Shown piece after piece: positions 25,362 through 34,052 of a stretch of DNA of 64,000 nt. The DNA is from Subdoligranulum sp. (lineage in GTDB: Bacteria; Bacillota; Clostridia; Oscillospirales; Ruminococcaceae): positions 1,049-65,048 of the forward strand of contig SFIE01000003.1 in NCBI GenBank assembly GCA_004555405.1. The letters are read 5' to 3'. The stretch's first letter is position 1, and each line of letters begins with the position of its first letter. Position numbers and translations under genes: made by a program. Below the pieces are notes generated by a model, which saw only the letters and a list, made by a program, of their open reading frames with translations, was not told where the DNA came from and did not search any database.

Positions 25362-26561
25362 ATGAAAAAACTCACTGCTGCTGTTCTCAGCACCGCCGTG
25401 GCTGCCAGCCTGCTGGTTGGCTGCGGCTCCACCGCCGCTTCCGGCGCGGCTGCCCCTGCTTCGGCTGTTTCTGCCGCCGAAAGCGTGGATGCCGATCAGG
25501 CTGCGGCCGATCATGTGGCCGAATTGATCGATGCCATTTATGTGCAGACCCGCAACGAAAACACCGATGCCCAGTGCGCCGAGGCCAAGGCCGCATGGGA
25601 CGCCCTGACCGATGCCCAGAAGGCACTGGTGGAGGGCGACGAGGCCGACCCCGATTACTTTGGCCGTGACACCGGCGATGCCTCGCTGGACGATGCCCGC
25701 AATCAGGATGAGATCGGCGAAAACGAAATTCTGGTGGTAAGCTTCGGCACCTCCTTCAACGACAGCCGCGCCAAGGACATTAAGGCCATTGAGGATGCTT
25801 TGCAGGCGGCCTACCCTGACTACAGCGTGCGCCGCGCTTTCACCGCACAGATCATCATCAACCATGTGCAGGCCCGCGACAATGAATGCATCGACAATAT
25901 GCAGCAGGCTTTGGACCGCGCTGTGGCAAACGGCGTAAAGCATTTGGTGGTGCAGCCCACACACCTGATGCACGGCGCTGAGTATGACGAAATGACCGAG
26001 GCTGTAAACAGTTACGCCGACAAGTTTGAATCCGTTGCCATTGCCGAGCCCCTGCTGGGCGAAGTGGGCAGCGATGCCGCCGTGATCAACGCCGACAAAA
26101 AGGCTGTGGCCGAGGCTGTGGTGGCCGCCGCTGTGGAATCTTCGGATTACGATTCCCTGCAGGCTGCCGCCGATGACGGCACGGCCTTTGTGCTGATGGG
26201 CCACGGCACCTCCCACACGGCCAAGGTGAGCTATTCTCAGATGCAGACCCAGATGAACGAGCTGGGTTACAGCAATGTGTTTATCGGCACCGTGGAGGGC
26301 GAGCCCGAGGAAACCAGCTGCGAGGCTGTGATCGAGGCTCTGCAGGCCGCCGGTTACACCAAGGTGATCCTGCGCCCGCTGATGGTGGTGGCCGGTGACC
26401 ACGCCAACAACGATATGGCCGGGGATGACGAGGATTCCTGGAAGAGCATGATGGAAGCTGCCGACTTTGAAAGCGTTGCCTGCCAGATCGAGGGTCTGGG
26501 CCGCATTGAGGCCGTGCAGGATCTGTACATTGCTCACACTGCCGCTGCCCTGCAGGGCTGA
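25362..26561 (+). CDS. Lipoprotein homologue of sirohydrochlorin cobaltochelatase CbiK (exported)
   Basis: 399 aa from MKKLTAAVL with lipobox LLVGC-GS, an Ala-rich linker and a helical segment. A full CbiK-like domain follows (ILVVSFGTSF, VVQPTHLMHGAEYDE, FVLMGHGTSH), with both metal-ligand His contexts retained. Confidence 0.75.
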   Translation: MKKLTAAVLSTAVAASLLVGCGSTAASGAAAPASAVSAAESVDADQAAADHVAELIDAIYVQTRNENTDAQCAEAKAAWDALTDAQKALVEGDEADPDYFGRDTGDASLDDARNQDEIGENEILVVSFGTSFNDSRAKDIKAIEDALQAAYPDYSVRRAFTAQIIINHVQARDNECIDNMQQALDRAVANGVKHLVVQPTHLMHGAEYDEMTEAVNSYADKFESVAIAEPLLGEVGSDAAVINADKKAVAEAVVAAAVESSDYDSLQAAADDGTAFVLMGHGTSHTAKVSYSQMQTQMNELGYSNVFIGTVEGEPEETSCEAVIEALQAAGYTKVILRPLMVVAGDHANNDMAGDDEDSWKSMMEAADFESVACQIEGLGRIEAVQDLYIAHTAAALQG

Positions 26562-26607
26562 TCGGCTGTGATGCCCCTGCGGTAAAACCGCTTATATCCG
26601 CTTTTTC

Positions 26608-26646
26608 AAACGGCTCTTTCGGCTTTTCGGGAGAGCCGTTTTTTAA
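26608..26646 (+). terminator. Rho-independent terminator between the CbiK-like gene and the next lipoprotein gene
   Basis: 10-bp perfect stem AAACGGCTCT / AGAGCCGTTT followed by TTTTT. Confidence 0.7.
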
Positions 26647-26706
26647 GGCAGCGCCGCTGCCCTTGCGATCGTTTTGCTTATTCTGCCCATCACTAAAGGA
26701 GTTCCC

Positions 26707-27549
26707 ATGAAAAAGTTTCTTTCCATTGTGTGCGCCGGTGTTCTGGCCGCCGCACTCACTGCCTGCACCGCCGCCCCTGCCGCTTCGCAAAGCGCCCCGG
26801 CTTCTTCCGCTGCTTCCGTGCAGGCCCAAAGCGCCCCCGCCCTGGCCGACGGCGTGTATCAAGCCAGCTTTTCCACCGACAGCAGTATGTTCCACGCCAA
26901 CGAAGCCTGTGACGGCAAGGGCGTGCTGACCGTGCAGAACGGCCAGATGAGCATTTATGTAACGCTGGCCGGAAAAGGCATTGTAAACCTGTTTCCCGGC
27001 ACCGCCGAGGATGCCCGGAAGCCGGGTGCCGAATGGCTGCAGCCCACGCTGGAAACCGTGCATTACAGCGACGGCACCACCGACGAGGCCAACGCTTTTC
27101 TGATTCCGGTGCCCTATCTGGACGAGGAATTCGATGTGGCCCTTGTGGGCAAAAAGGGCACCTGGTATGACCATAAGGTGAGCGTGAGCGACCCCCAGCC
27201 TTTGGCCGATGACACCGCCGAAAGCGAAGTTCCGGCTGACGGCAGCTATACCGTGGAAGCCGTGCTGCAGGGGGGCAGCGGCAAGGCCAGCGTGCAGAGC
27301 CCGGCCCGGCTGACTGTGGAAAACGGCGCTATGACCGCCACGGTGATCTGGAGCAGCAAAAACTATGACCGGATGATCGTAAACGGCCAGGAGTACACCC
27401 CCACCTACGAAAACGGGCTTTCCTGCTTCACCATTCCCGTGAGCGCACTGGGCACTCCCCTGCCCGTGCAGGCCGAAACCACCGCCATGAGCCAGCCGCA
27501 CATGATCGACTACACCCTCACCTTCTCCAACCCGGAGGCCGTGCAGTGA
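26707..27549 (+). CDS. Lipoprotein with an internally duplicated roughly 100-115-aa domain, unknown family
   Basis: 280 aa from MKKFLSIV with lipobox LTAC-TA. Repeat 1 covers aa 47-163 and repeat 2 covers aa 177-276. They share ADG(V/S)Y, LTV(Q/E)NG(Q/A)M and F(L/T)IPV(P/S). Confidence 0.6.
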   Translation: MKKFLSIVCAGVLAAALTACTAAPAASQSAPASSAASVQAQSAPALADGVYQASFSTDSSMFHANEACDGKGVLTVQNGQMSIYVTLAGKGIVNLFPGTAEDARKPGAEWLQPTLETVHYSDGTTDEANAFLIPVPYLDEEFDVALVGKKGTWYDHKVSVSDPQPLADDTAESEVPADGSYTVEAVLQGGSGKASVQSPARLTVENGAMTATVIWSSKNYDRMIVNGQEYTPTYENGLSCFTIPVSALGTPLPVQAETTAMSQPHMIDYTLTFSNPEAVQ

Positions 27550-28691
27550 GAGCGGCCAAACGCATCGCTCTTGGGGCTGCCTGTGCGCTGATGCTTACCG
27601 GCTGCGCTGCCCAGGGCGCGCAGGAAATCGCTGCCCAGGGCGCCCCCGGCCCCAGCTGGGATTCCCTTTCCCCCACCGGTAAGCTTGTGCCCGAATATGC
27701 CGATGAATTTTCGGCCACACAGTACGAGGGCGGCTACACGCTTTTGCAGATCGGCGAGGCGCAGTATGTTTTGTGCCCCCGCGGCGAGCAACCCCCCACC
27801 GGCCTGCCCGAGGGTGCGGCGGTGATCGAAACGCCCATTGAAAACGCCTATCTCACGGCCACCAGCGCCATGGACTATTTTATTTCGCTGGACAGCCTGA
27901 ACGCCCTGGCTTTTTCGGGCACGAATGCCGACGGCTGGTATCTGCCCGAGGCCCGGCAGGCCCTGCAGACCGGGGCCATTGCCTATGCGGGCAAATACAG
28001 CGCCCCCGATTACGAAATGCTTTTGCAGGGCGGCTGCGGCGTGAGCATACAGTCCACCATGATCCTGCATTCCCCCGATGTGAAAGAGCAGCTGGAGCGC
28101 CTTGGCATTCCGGTGCTGGTGGAGCGCTCAAGCTATGAATCCGACCCCCTGGCCCGCATGGAGTGGATCAAGGTTTACGGCCTTTTGCTGGATAAGCTGC
28201 CCCAGGCCGAGGCGATCTTCGCCCAAAAGGTGGCCGAGCTGCAGCCCGTTTTGCAGCAGCCTGCCGCAGGCGGCACGGCGGCGTTTTTTTACATCACCTC
28301 CTCCGGGGCGGTGAATGTGCGGCGGCCCAACGATTACATTGCCCGCATGATCGGCATGGCCGGGGGCGAGTATCTGGCCCCCGATGACGGCGCCGAAACC
28401 GCCCGCTCTACCGAAACCATTCAGATGGAGCAGTTTTACGAAACCGCGCACGATGCCGATTATCTGATCTACAACAGCACCATTGACGGCGAAGTGCGCA
28501 CCGTGCAGGAGCTTTTGCAGAAAAGCACGGTGCTGGCCGACTTTGCCGCCGTAAAGACCGGGCGGGTATACTGCACCTCGAAAAACTTTTTTCAGGAGCC
28601 CATGAGCATGGCCGATTTTCTCTTGGATGTACACGCCATGCTCACCGACCCCGATTTTACCGCCGGAAAGTATTTATATAAGCTTTCCTGA
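27546..28691 (+). CDS. Lipoprotein substrate-binding protein of a BtuF/FhuD-type (class 8) ABC importer
   Basis: 381 aa with a GTG start overlapping the upstream stop (GTGA) and lipobox LTGC-AA. Size and context sit next to a FecCD permease. Confidence 0.6.
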   Translation: MRAAKRIALGAACALMLTGCAAQGAQEIAAQGAPGPSWDSLSPTGKLVPEYADEFSATQYEGGYTLLQIGEAQYVLCPRGEQPPTGLPEGAAVIETPIENAYLTATSAMDYFISLDSLNALAFSGTNADGWYLPEARQALQTGAIAYAGKYSAPDYEMLLQGGCGVSIQSTMILHSPDVKEQLERLGIPVLVERSSYESDPLARMEWIKVYGLLLDKLPQAEAIFAQKVAELQPVLQQPAAGGTAAFFYITSSGAVNVRRPNDYIARMIGMAGGEYLAPDDGAETARSTETIQMEQFYETAHDADYLIYNSTIDGEVRTVQELLQKSTVLADFAAVKTGRVYCTSKNFFQEPMSMADFLLDVHAMLTDPDFTAGKYLYKLS

Positions 28692-28721
28692 AGCCCTCAG
28701 CTTTGAAAGGAGGCATTTGGC

Positions 28722-29738
28722 ATGAAGCACCCTGCTGTTCGCTGGGGCGTTTGTTTTGTTCTTCTTTTTCTGGCCGTGCTGGCGCTGCTGGCCGCCGCCG
28801 TGGCTGCGGGCAGTGCGGGCCTTACGCTGCCGCAGGTGTGCCGGGCGCTGCTGGCCCCGGGCCAAAACCCTCTGGCCGAGGGCATTGTGCGCACCATACG
28901 CCTGCCCAGGGCCCTTTCGGCGCTGCTGCTGGGCGGCTGCCTTGCCGTGAGCGGCTACCTGCTGCAAACCTATTTTTCCAACCCCATTGCCGGGCCGTTT
29001 GTGCTGGGCATCTCCTCCGGCGCCAAGCTGGCGGTGGCCATGGCCATGATCTTTGTGCTGGGCCGCGGGCGCTCGCTTTCTTCGCTGGGCATGATCGGCG
29101 CGGCCTTTGCGGGCGCACTGGCCGCCACCGGGTTTATCCTGCTGCTTTCTTTGCGCATTCGCCGCATGAGCCAGCTGATCGTGGGCGGCGTGATGGTGGG
29201 CTATATCTGCTCGGCCATCACGGATTTTGCCGTCACCTTTGCCGAGGATTCCAACATTGTAAACCTGCACAACTGGTCGCTGGGCAGCTTTTCCGGCACA
29301 AGCTGGGGCAGCGTGCGGGTAATGGCGCTGGTAACGCTGCTGGGGCTGGCGGCCTGTGGGGCGCTGGCCAAGCCCATGAACGCCTACCGGCTGGGCGAAA
29401 GCGCCGCGCAAAGCCTGGGGGTGAATGTGCGCTTGTTCCGCACGGCGCTGATCCTGGTCAGCAGCCTGCTTTCGGCCTGCGTAACGGCCTTTGCCGGGCC
29501 CATCAGCTTTGTGGGCATTGCGGTGCCGCAGCTGATGCGCGCTTTGTTTGGCACCGGCCAGCCCTTGGTGCTGCTGCCCGCCTGCTTTTTGGGGGGCAGC
29601 GCAGCCTGCCTTGGGTGCGATCTGATCGCACGCACGCTGTTTGCCCCCACCGAGCTGAGCGTGAGCTCGGTCACAGCCGTGTTCGGCGCGCCCATCGTGC
29701 TTTGGATGATGCTGCGCCGCAGCGCAGCGGAGGGTTGA
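28722..29738 (+). CDS. FecCD/BtuC-family ABC importer permease
   Basis: 338 aa with about 9-10 TM segments. The conserved GPISFVGIAVPQLMRAL segment is typical of FecCD permeases. Confidence 0.85.
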   Translation: MKHPAVRWGVCFVLLFLAVLALLAAAVAAGSAGLTLPQVCRALLAPGQNPLAEGIVRTIRLPRALSALLLGGCLAVSGYLLQTYFSNPIAGPFVLGISSGAKLAVAMAMIFVLGRGRSLSSLGMIGAAFAGALAATGFILLLSLRIRRMSQLIVGGVMVGYICSAITDFAVTFAEDSNIVNLHNWSLGSFSGTSWGSVRVMALVTLLGLAACGALAKPMNAYRLGESAAQSLGVNVRLFRTALILVSSLLSACVTAFAGPISFVGIAVPQLMRALFGTGQPLVLLPACFLGGSAACLGCDLIARTLFAPTELSVSSVTAVFGAPIVLWMMLRRSAAEG

Positions 29739-29742
29739 TGCC

Positions 29743-30852
29743 ATGGAAAAACGCTGGTTTTTTACGGAAAAAATGTGCGTGGGCTACGGCAAAAAGCCCA
29801 TTTTGCAGAATGTGGATTTTTCCCTTTCACAGGGCGAGATTTTAACCATCATCGGCCCCAACGGCGCAGGCAAAACCACGCTTTTAAAAAGCATTGCGCG
29901 CCAGATTGCCCCTTTGGGCGGGCGGGCCGTACTTTCCGGGCAGGAGCTTGCTTCACTCAGCGCCCCACAGGCCGCCCGCCGCATGGCCGTGCTGCTCACC
30001 GAGCGCAGCCGCCCCGGGCTGATCACCTGCTTTGAGGTGGCCGCCGCCGGGCGCTACCCCTACACCGGGCGGCTGGGGCTTTTGACCGCTGCCGACCGAA
30101 AAAAGGTGCACAACGCCTTGGCGCGCGTACACGCCGCCGATCTGGCCGAGCGGCAGTTCAGCCAGATCAGTGACGGGCAAAAGCAGCGTGTGCTGCTGGC
30201 CCGCGCGCTGTGCCAGGAGCCCGAGCTTTTGATTTTGGATGAACCCACTTCGTTTTTGGATATTCACCACAAGCTGGAGCTGCTGGCCATTTTAAAGCAG
30301 CTGGTGCGTGAGCAGCAGCTGGCGGTGATCCTTACGCTGCATGAATTGGATCTGGCGCAAAAGGTTTCGGACAAGATTCTTTGCGCAGCCCATGGGCATA
30401 TCGACCGCTTCGGCGCCCCCGATGAAATTTTTGTGCCCCAGTATATCGAGGCCCTGTACGGCGTGCAGCGGGGCAGCTACAACGCGCTGTTTGGCAGCCT
30501 GGAATTGCAGCCCCCTGACGGCCCGGCGCAGGTGTTTGTGATCGGCGGCGGCGGGGCGGGCATTCCGGTGTACCGCGCACTGCAGCGCCGGGGCATTGCC
30601 TTTGCCGCCGGTATTCTGGCCGAAAACGATCTGGATACCCCGGTGGCCAAGGCGCTGGCACACAGGGTGTTCACCGTGCCCGCCTTTGAGCCTGTTGCCC
30701 CGCAGGATGCCGCCGCCGCCCTGCCCGTGCTGCGCAGCTGCCGCGCCGTGGTGTGTGCCCAGCCCGCCTTTGGCACACTCAACCGCGAAAACCGCCTGCT
30801 GGTGCAGGAGGCCGAGGCACTGGGGCTCCTGCAGCCGCTTTCTGAGATTTAG
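29743..30852 (+). CDS. BtuD/FepC-type ABC ATPase with a roughly 114-aa C-terminal extra domain
   Basis: 369 aa. Walker A GPNGAGKTT, signature ISDGQKQR, Walker B LILDEPT. The ABC core ends near aa 255, followed by VFVIGGGGAGIPVYRALQRRG and further extension. Confidence 0.8.
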   Translation: MEKRWFFTEKMCVGYGKKPILQNVDFSLSQGEILTIIGPNGAGKTTLLKSIARQIAPLGGRAVLSGQELASLSAPQAARRMAVLLTERSRPGLITCFEVAAAGRYPYTGRLGLLTAADRKKVHNALARVHAADLAERQFSQISDGQKQRVLLARALCQEPELLILDEPTSFLDIHHKLELLAILKQLVREQQLAVILTLHELDLAQKVSDKILCAAHGHIDRFGAPDEIFVPQYIEALYGVQRGSYNALFGSLELQPPDGPAQVFVIGGGGAGIPVYRALQRRGIAFAAGILAENDLDTPVAKALAHRVFTVPAFEPVAPQDAAAALPVLRSCRAVVCAQPAFGTLNRENRLLVQEAEALGLLQPLSEI

Positions 30853-30933
30853 CGCACGGCGCCGCACCGGCTTTTTGCCCGGGCCGCGCCATGCGCTTTA
30901 TCGCGTTATTATACGAAATTCATTTAAAAAGCA

Positions 30934-30978
30934 AAGCAAGTCTGTCCTCGTGTCGTGGACAGACTTGCTTTTTATTAT
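30934..30978 (+). terminator. Rho-independent terminator after the importer operon
   Basis: 14-bp perfect stem AAGCAAGTCTGTCC / GGACAGACTTGCTT followed by TTTATTAT. Confidence 0.8.
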
Positions 30979-31200
30979 GGATTCTCCACTCATAAATTTA
31001 AAAAATTTATTCAAACCGCTTTACTTTGCCGCTTTAGTTCACTATAATATTGGTATGTTACTTTTATGCTCTGGTGCAAAGGTAACCGAGCGCTGATTTT
31101 TTACTGTTTCGGCGCTCCGAAAACGGAAAATACCTTGCAAGCCTGTTCGCCGCCAGCACACAGGCTATACGGCATTTTCCGCAAAGAGAGGAGAATTGTT

Positions 31201-32754
31201 ATGGAAGAAAAAACCACCGCCAAAAAAACGATGCTGGATAGAATCCTTGACAGCATCGAGCGTGCCGGCAACAAGCTGCCGGACCCCATCACGCTGTTTT
31301 TAGGCCTGTCTGTTATCGTTGTGCTCATCAGCGCACTGTGCAGCGCTTTGGGCGTTTCGGCTGTCAACCCGGCCGACGGCTCTACCATTGAGGTGTTCAA
31401 CCTGCTGTCTGCGGATGGTCTGCGCTATCTGTGGAGCAATGTGATCACCAACTTCTCGGGCTTTGCGCCCCTGGGCATGGTGCTGGTAGCCGTGATCGGT
31501 TCCTCCGTTGCGGAAAAGAGTGGCTTTCTGGTTGCTTTGATGCAGCGCTTTCTGGGCAAATCCAAGGGCTGGATCGTTTCCATGGTCGTGATTTTCCTGG
31601 GCATCAACCTGAACATTGCCGGTGATGCCGGCTTCATCGTGCTGCCCCCTCTGGCCGCCATTTTGTACATGAGCATTGGCCGCAGCCCCCTTTTGGGCCT
31701 GTATGTTGCTTTTGCTTCTGTGGCTGCCGGCTTCTGCGGCAACATCATGCTGGGCCTGTCGGACGCACTGGCCTACGGCTTTACCGAAGCCGCTGCCCAG
31801 CTGATCGACCCCAACTACAGCCAGTCCATGGCCATCAACTGGTATTTCCTGCTGGTTTCCTGCCTGATACTTACGGTCGTGGGCACCATTCTCACTGAAA
31901 AAGTGCTGGTACATCGTTTCCCCATGACCCCCGAAAAGCTGAAGGAATATGACTTTGACGAAAACGCCAACGACCTGAGCCCCAAGGAAAAGAAGGCTTT
32001 GGGCGTTGCCGGTGTTGCATTCCTGATCTTCGTGATCGTGCTGGTTCTGATGAGTGTTCCTCTGGTGGGCGGCCGTGCCCTGCTGGCCGATGAAACCGGC
32101 TCCATCACCGCAGGCGGCGCTCCGTTTACCAAGGGCATTGTGTTCACGGTTACTCTGGGCCTGTTTGTTCCCGGCCTTGCCTACGGCATTGCCACCGGCA
32201 AGTACAAGAACGACAAAGATGTTTGGGCTGATATCAGCCAGGGCTTCTCTGAAATGGGCAACTATGTGTTCATGTGCTTCTTTATTTCCATCTTCACCAA
32301 CTTCTTCAGCGTTTCCAAGCTGGGCACCGTGCTGGCCATTTCGGGTGCTGACGGCCTGAAGAACATTGGCTTTACCGGCATTCCTTTGATGATTGGCCTG
32401 CTGCTGGTGGCTTGCTTTGTCAACCTGTTCATCGGCTCGGCTTCGGCCAAGTGGGCAATTCTGGCCCCCGTGTTCGTGCCCATGATGATGCTGATGGGCT
32501 ACGACCCTGCCGTCACGCAGGTGGTGTATCGTATCGGCGACTCCATCACCAACCCCCTGAGCCCCCTGTTCACCTATATGCCTGTTATTCTGGGCTTTGC
32601 CCGCAAGTATGACAAAAAGGTCGGCCTTGGCACCATCATTGCCAATATGCTGCCCTTCTCGGTCAGCTTTGCCATTGCCTGGATCATTCAGGTGATCATC
32701 TGGGTTTCCCTCAACCTGCCTCTGGGCCCCGGCGGCAACATCTATCTTGCATAA
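31201..32754 (+). CDS. abgT: AbgT-family transporter (p-aminobenzoyl-glutamate / dipeptide-type)
   Basis: 517 aa from MEEKTTAKKTMLDRILDSIERAGNKLPDPITLF, a characteristic AbgT N-terminus. Polytopic. RBS AGAGAGGAG. Confidence 0.8.
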   Translation: MEEKTTAKKTMLDRILDSIERAGNKLPDPITLFLGLSVIVVLISALCSALGVSAVNPADGSTIEVFNLLSADGLRYLWSNVITNFSGFAPLGMVLVAVIGSSVAEKSGFLVALMQRFLGKSKGWIVSMVVIFLGINLNIAGDAGFIVLPPLAAILYMSIGRSPLLGLYVAFASVAAGFCGNIMLGLSDALAYGFTEAAAQLIDPNYSQSMAINWYFLLVSCLILTVVGTILTEKVLVHRFPMTPEKLKEYDFDENANDLSPKEKKALGVAGVAFLIFVIVLVLMSVPLVGGRALLADETGSITAGGAPFTKGIVFTVTLGLFVPGLAYGIATGKYKNDKDVWADISQGFSEMGNYVFMCFFISIFTNFFSVSKLGTVLAISGADGLKNIGFTGIPLMIGLLLVACFVNLFIGSASAKWAILAPVFVPMMMLMGYDPAVTQVVYRIGDSITNPLSPLFTYMPVILGFARKYDKKVGLGTIIANMLPFSVSFAIAWIIQVIIWVSLNLPLGPGGNIYLA

Positions 32755-32791
32755 GAAGCTTTCCGGTGACCGCTGATCCGGATCTATGAAA

Positions 32792-32826
32792 AAGAACGGT
32801 CTGGCGTGCCAGGCCGTTCTTTGGTG
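32792..32826 (+). terminator. Hairpin/terminator-like element between abgT and the M20 pair
   Basis: 13-bp stem AAGAACGGTCTGG / CCAGGCCGTTCTT (one G-T pair) followed by TTGGTGT. The T-run is weak. Confidence 0.45.
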
Positions 32827-32861
32827 TATGCACTGTCATCAACAAAACAGGAGATGGTTTT

Positions 32862-34052
32862 ATGAATTTCAAACAGCCTGCCCGTGCCCTTGAGGCCGAG
32901 ATCGCCCAGCATCGCCACTGGCTGCACCGCCATGCCGAGCTGAGCTTTCAGGAAGCCGAAACCACGCAATATCTGATCGCCGAGCTGGAAAAGCTGGGCA
33001 TTCCCGTGACTGCTTTTTCGGATTACCACGGTTGCATTGGCCATATCAAGGGCGCAAAGCCCGGCAAAACCGTGCTGCTGCGCGCCGACATTGACGCCCT
33101 GCCCACCGTAGAAAACAGCGGTGTGGACTATGCCAGCGAGCACCCCGGCGTAATGCACGCCTGCGGGCATGACTGCCACACCGCCATGCTGCTGGGCGCT
33201 GCCAAGCTGCTGAAAAATGCCGAAAGCGAGCTTTGCGGCAATGTGGAGCTTTTGTTCCAGTCGGCCGAGGAAGCCTTTACCGGCAGCCACTATTATATGG
33301 ACAAGGGCTATCTGAACGGCGTGGATGCCGCCTACGGTATGCACGTGTGGCCCGGCATTCCCGAGGGTTCCATCGATGCCACCAATGGCCGCCGCATGGC
33401 CAGCTGCGACAATTTTGTGCTGACCGTACACGGCGTTTCGGCCCACGGCAGCACCCCGCAGTATTCCAAGGATGCCATTGTGGCCGCTTCCAGCATTATT
33501 ATGAACCTGCAAACGCTGGTCAGCCGCTTTAACGACCCCCGCAACCCGCTGGTGATCACGGTGGGCACCATCAAGGCCGGCACGCAGTTTAATATCATCA
33601 CCGACACCGCCGTGATGGAGGGCACCATTCGCACCTTTGATCAGGGCATCCGCAAAACGCTGGAGCCCGCCATGCGCAAGCTGGTTACCGAAACAGCCGA
33701 GGCACTGGGCTGCACCGCCGAGCTGGAGTATCACTGGCTGGAGGAGCCCGTCATCAATGCCTACCCCGAGCTGACCGAGATTGCCCGCAGCGCCGCCGCC
33801 AAGGTGGTGGGCGAGGACGGCCTTGTGGAGACTCCCTCCGGCATGGGCAGCGAGGATTTTGGCTATATTATGGACCATATTCCCTCGGTGTTTGCCTTTA
33901 TGGGGGTGGAGAATCCGGAATACGGTGCTACCTGGAGCCTGCACTCGGATAAATTCCGCGTAAGCGACACTGCGCTGCCCATTGGCGCGGCGCAGTATGC
34001 ACAGTTTGCCTGTGACTATCTGGAACACACCGCAAAGGAGGGCGCACAATGA
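32862..34052 (+). CDS. M20D-family amidohydrolase (AbgA/HipO/N-acyl-amino-acid amidohydrolase type), copy 1
   Basis: 396 aa with MHACGHDCHTAMLLGAAK and other M20D landmarks. Confidence 0.8.
   Translation: MNFKQPARALEAEIAQHRHWLHRHAELSFQEAETTQYLIAELEKLGIPVTAFSDYHGCIGHIKGAKPGKTVLLRADIDALPTVENSGVDYASEHPGVMHACGHDCHTAMLLGAAKLLKNAESELCGNVELLFQSAEEAFTGSHYYMDKGYLNGVDAAYGMHVWPGIPEGSIDATNGRRMASCDNFVLTVHGVSAHGSTPQYSKDAIVAASSIIMNLQTLVSRFNDPRNPLVITVGTIKAGTQFNIITDTAVMEGTIRTFDQGIRKTLEPAMRKLVTETAEALGCTAELEYHWLEEPVINAYPELTEIARSAAAKVVGEDGLVETPSGMGSEDFGYIMDHIPSVFAFMGVENPEYGATWSLHSDKFRVSDTALPIGAAQYAQFACDYLEHTAKEGAQ

Noticed and set aside
30979-31200. Possible riboswitch, T-box or THF element in the roughly 150-nt abgT leader
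   Set aside because: Only short, imperfect hairpins are present (for example CGAGCGC...GCGCTCCG). There is no T-box specifier/T-box sequence and no THF-like core that I can recognise.
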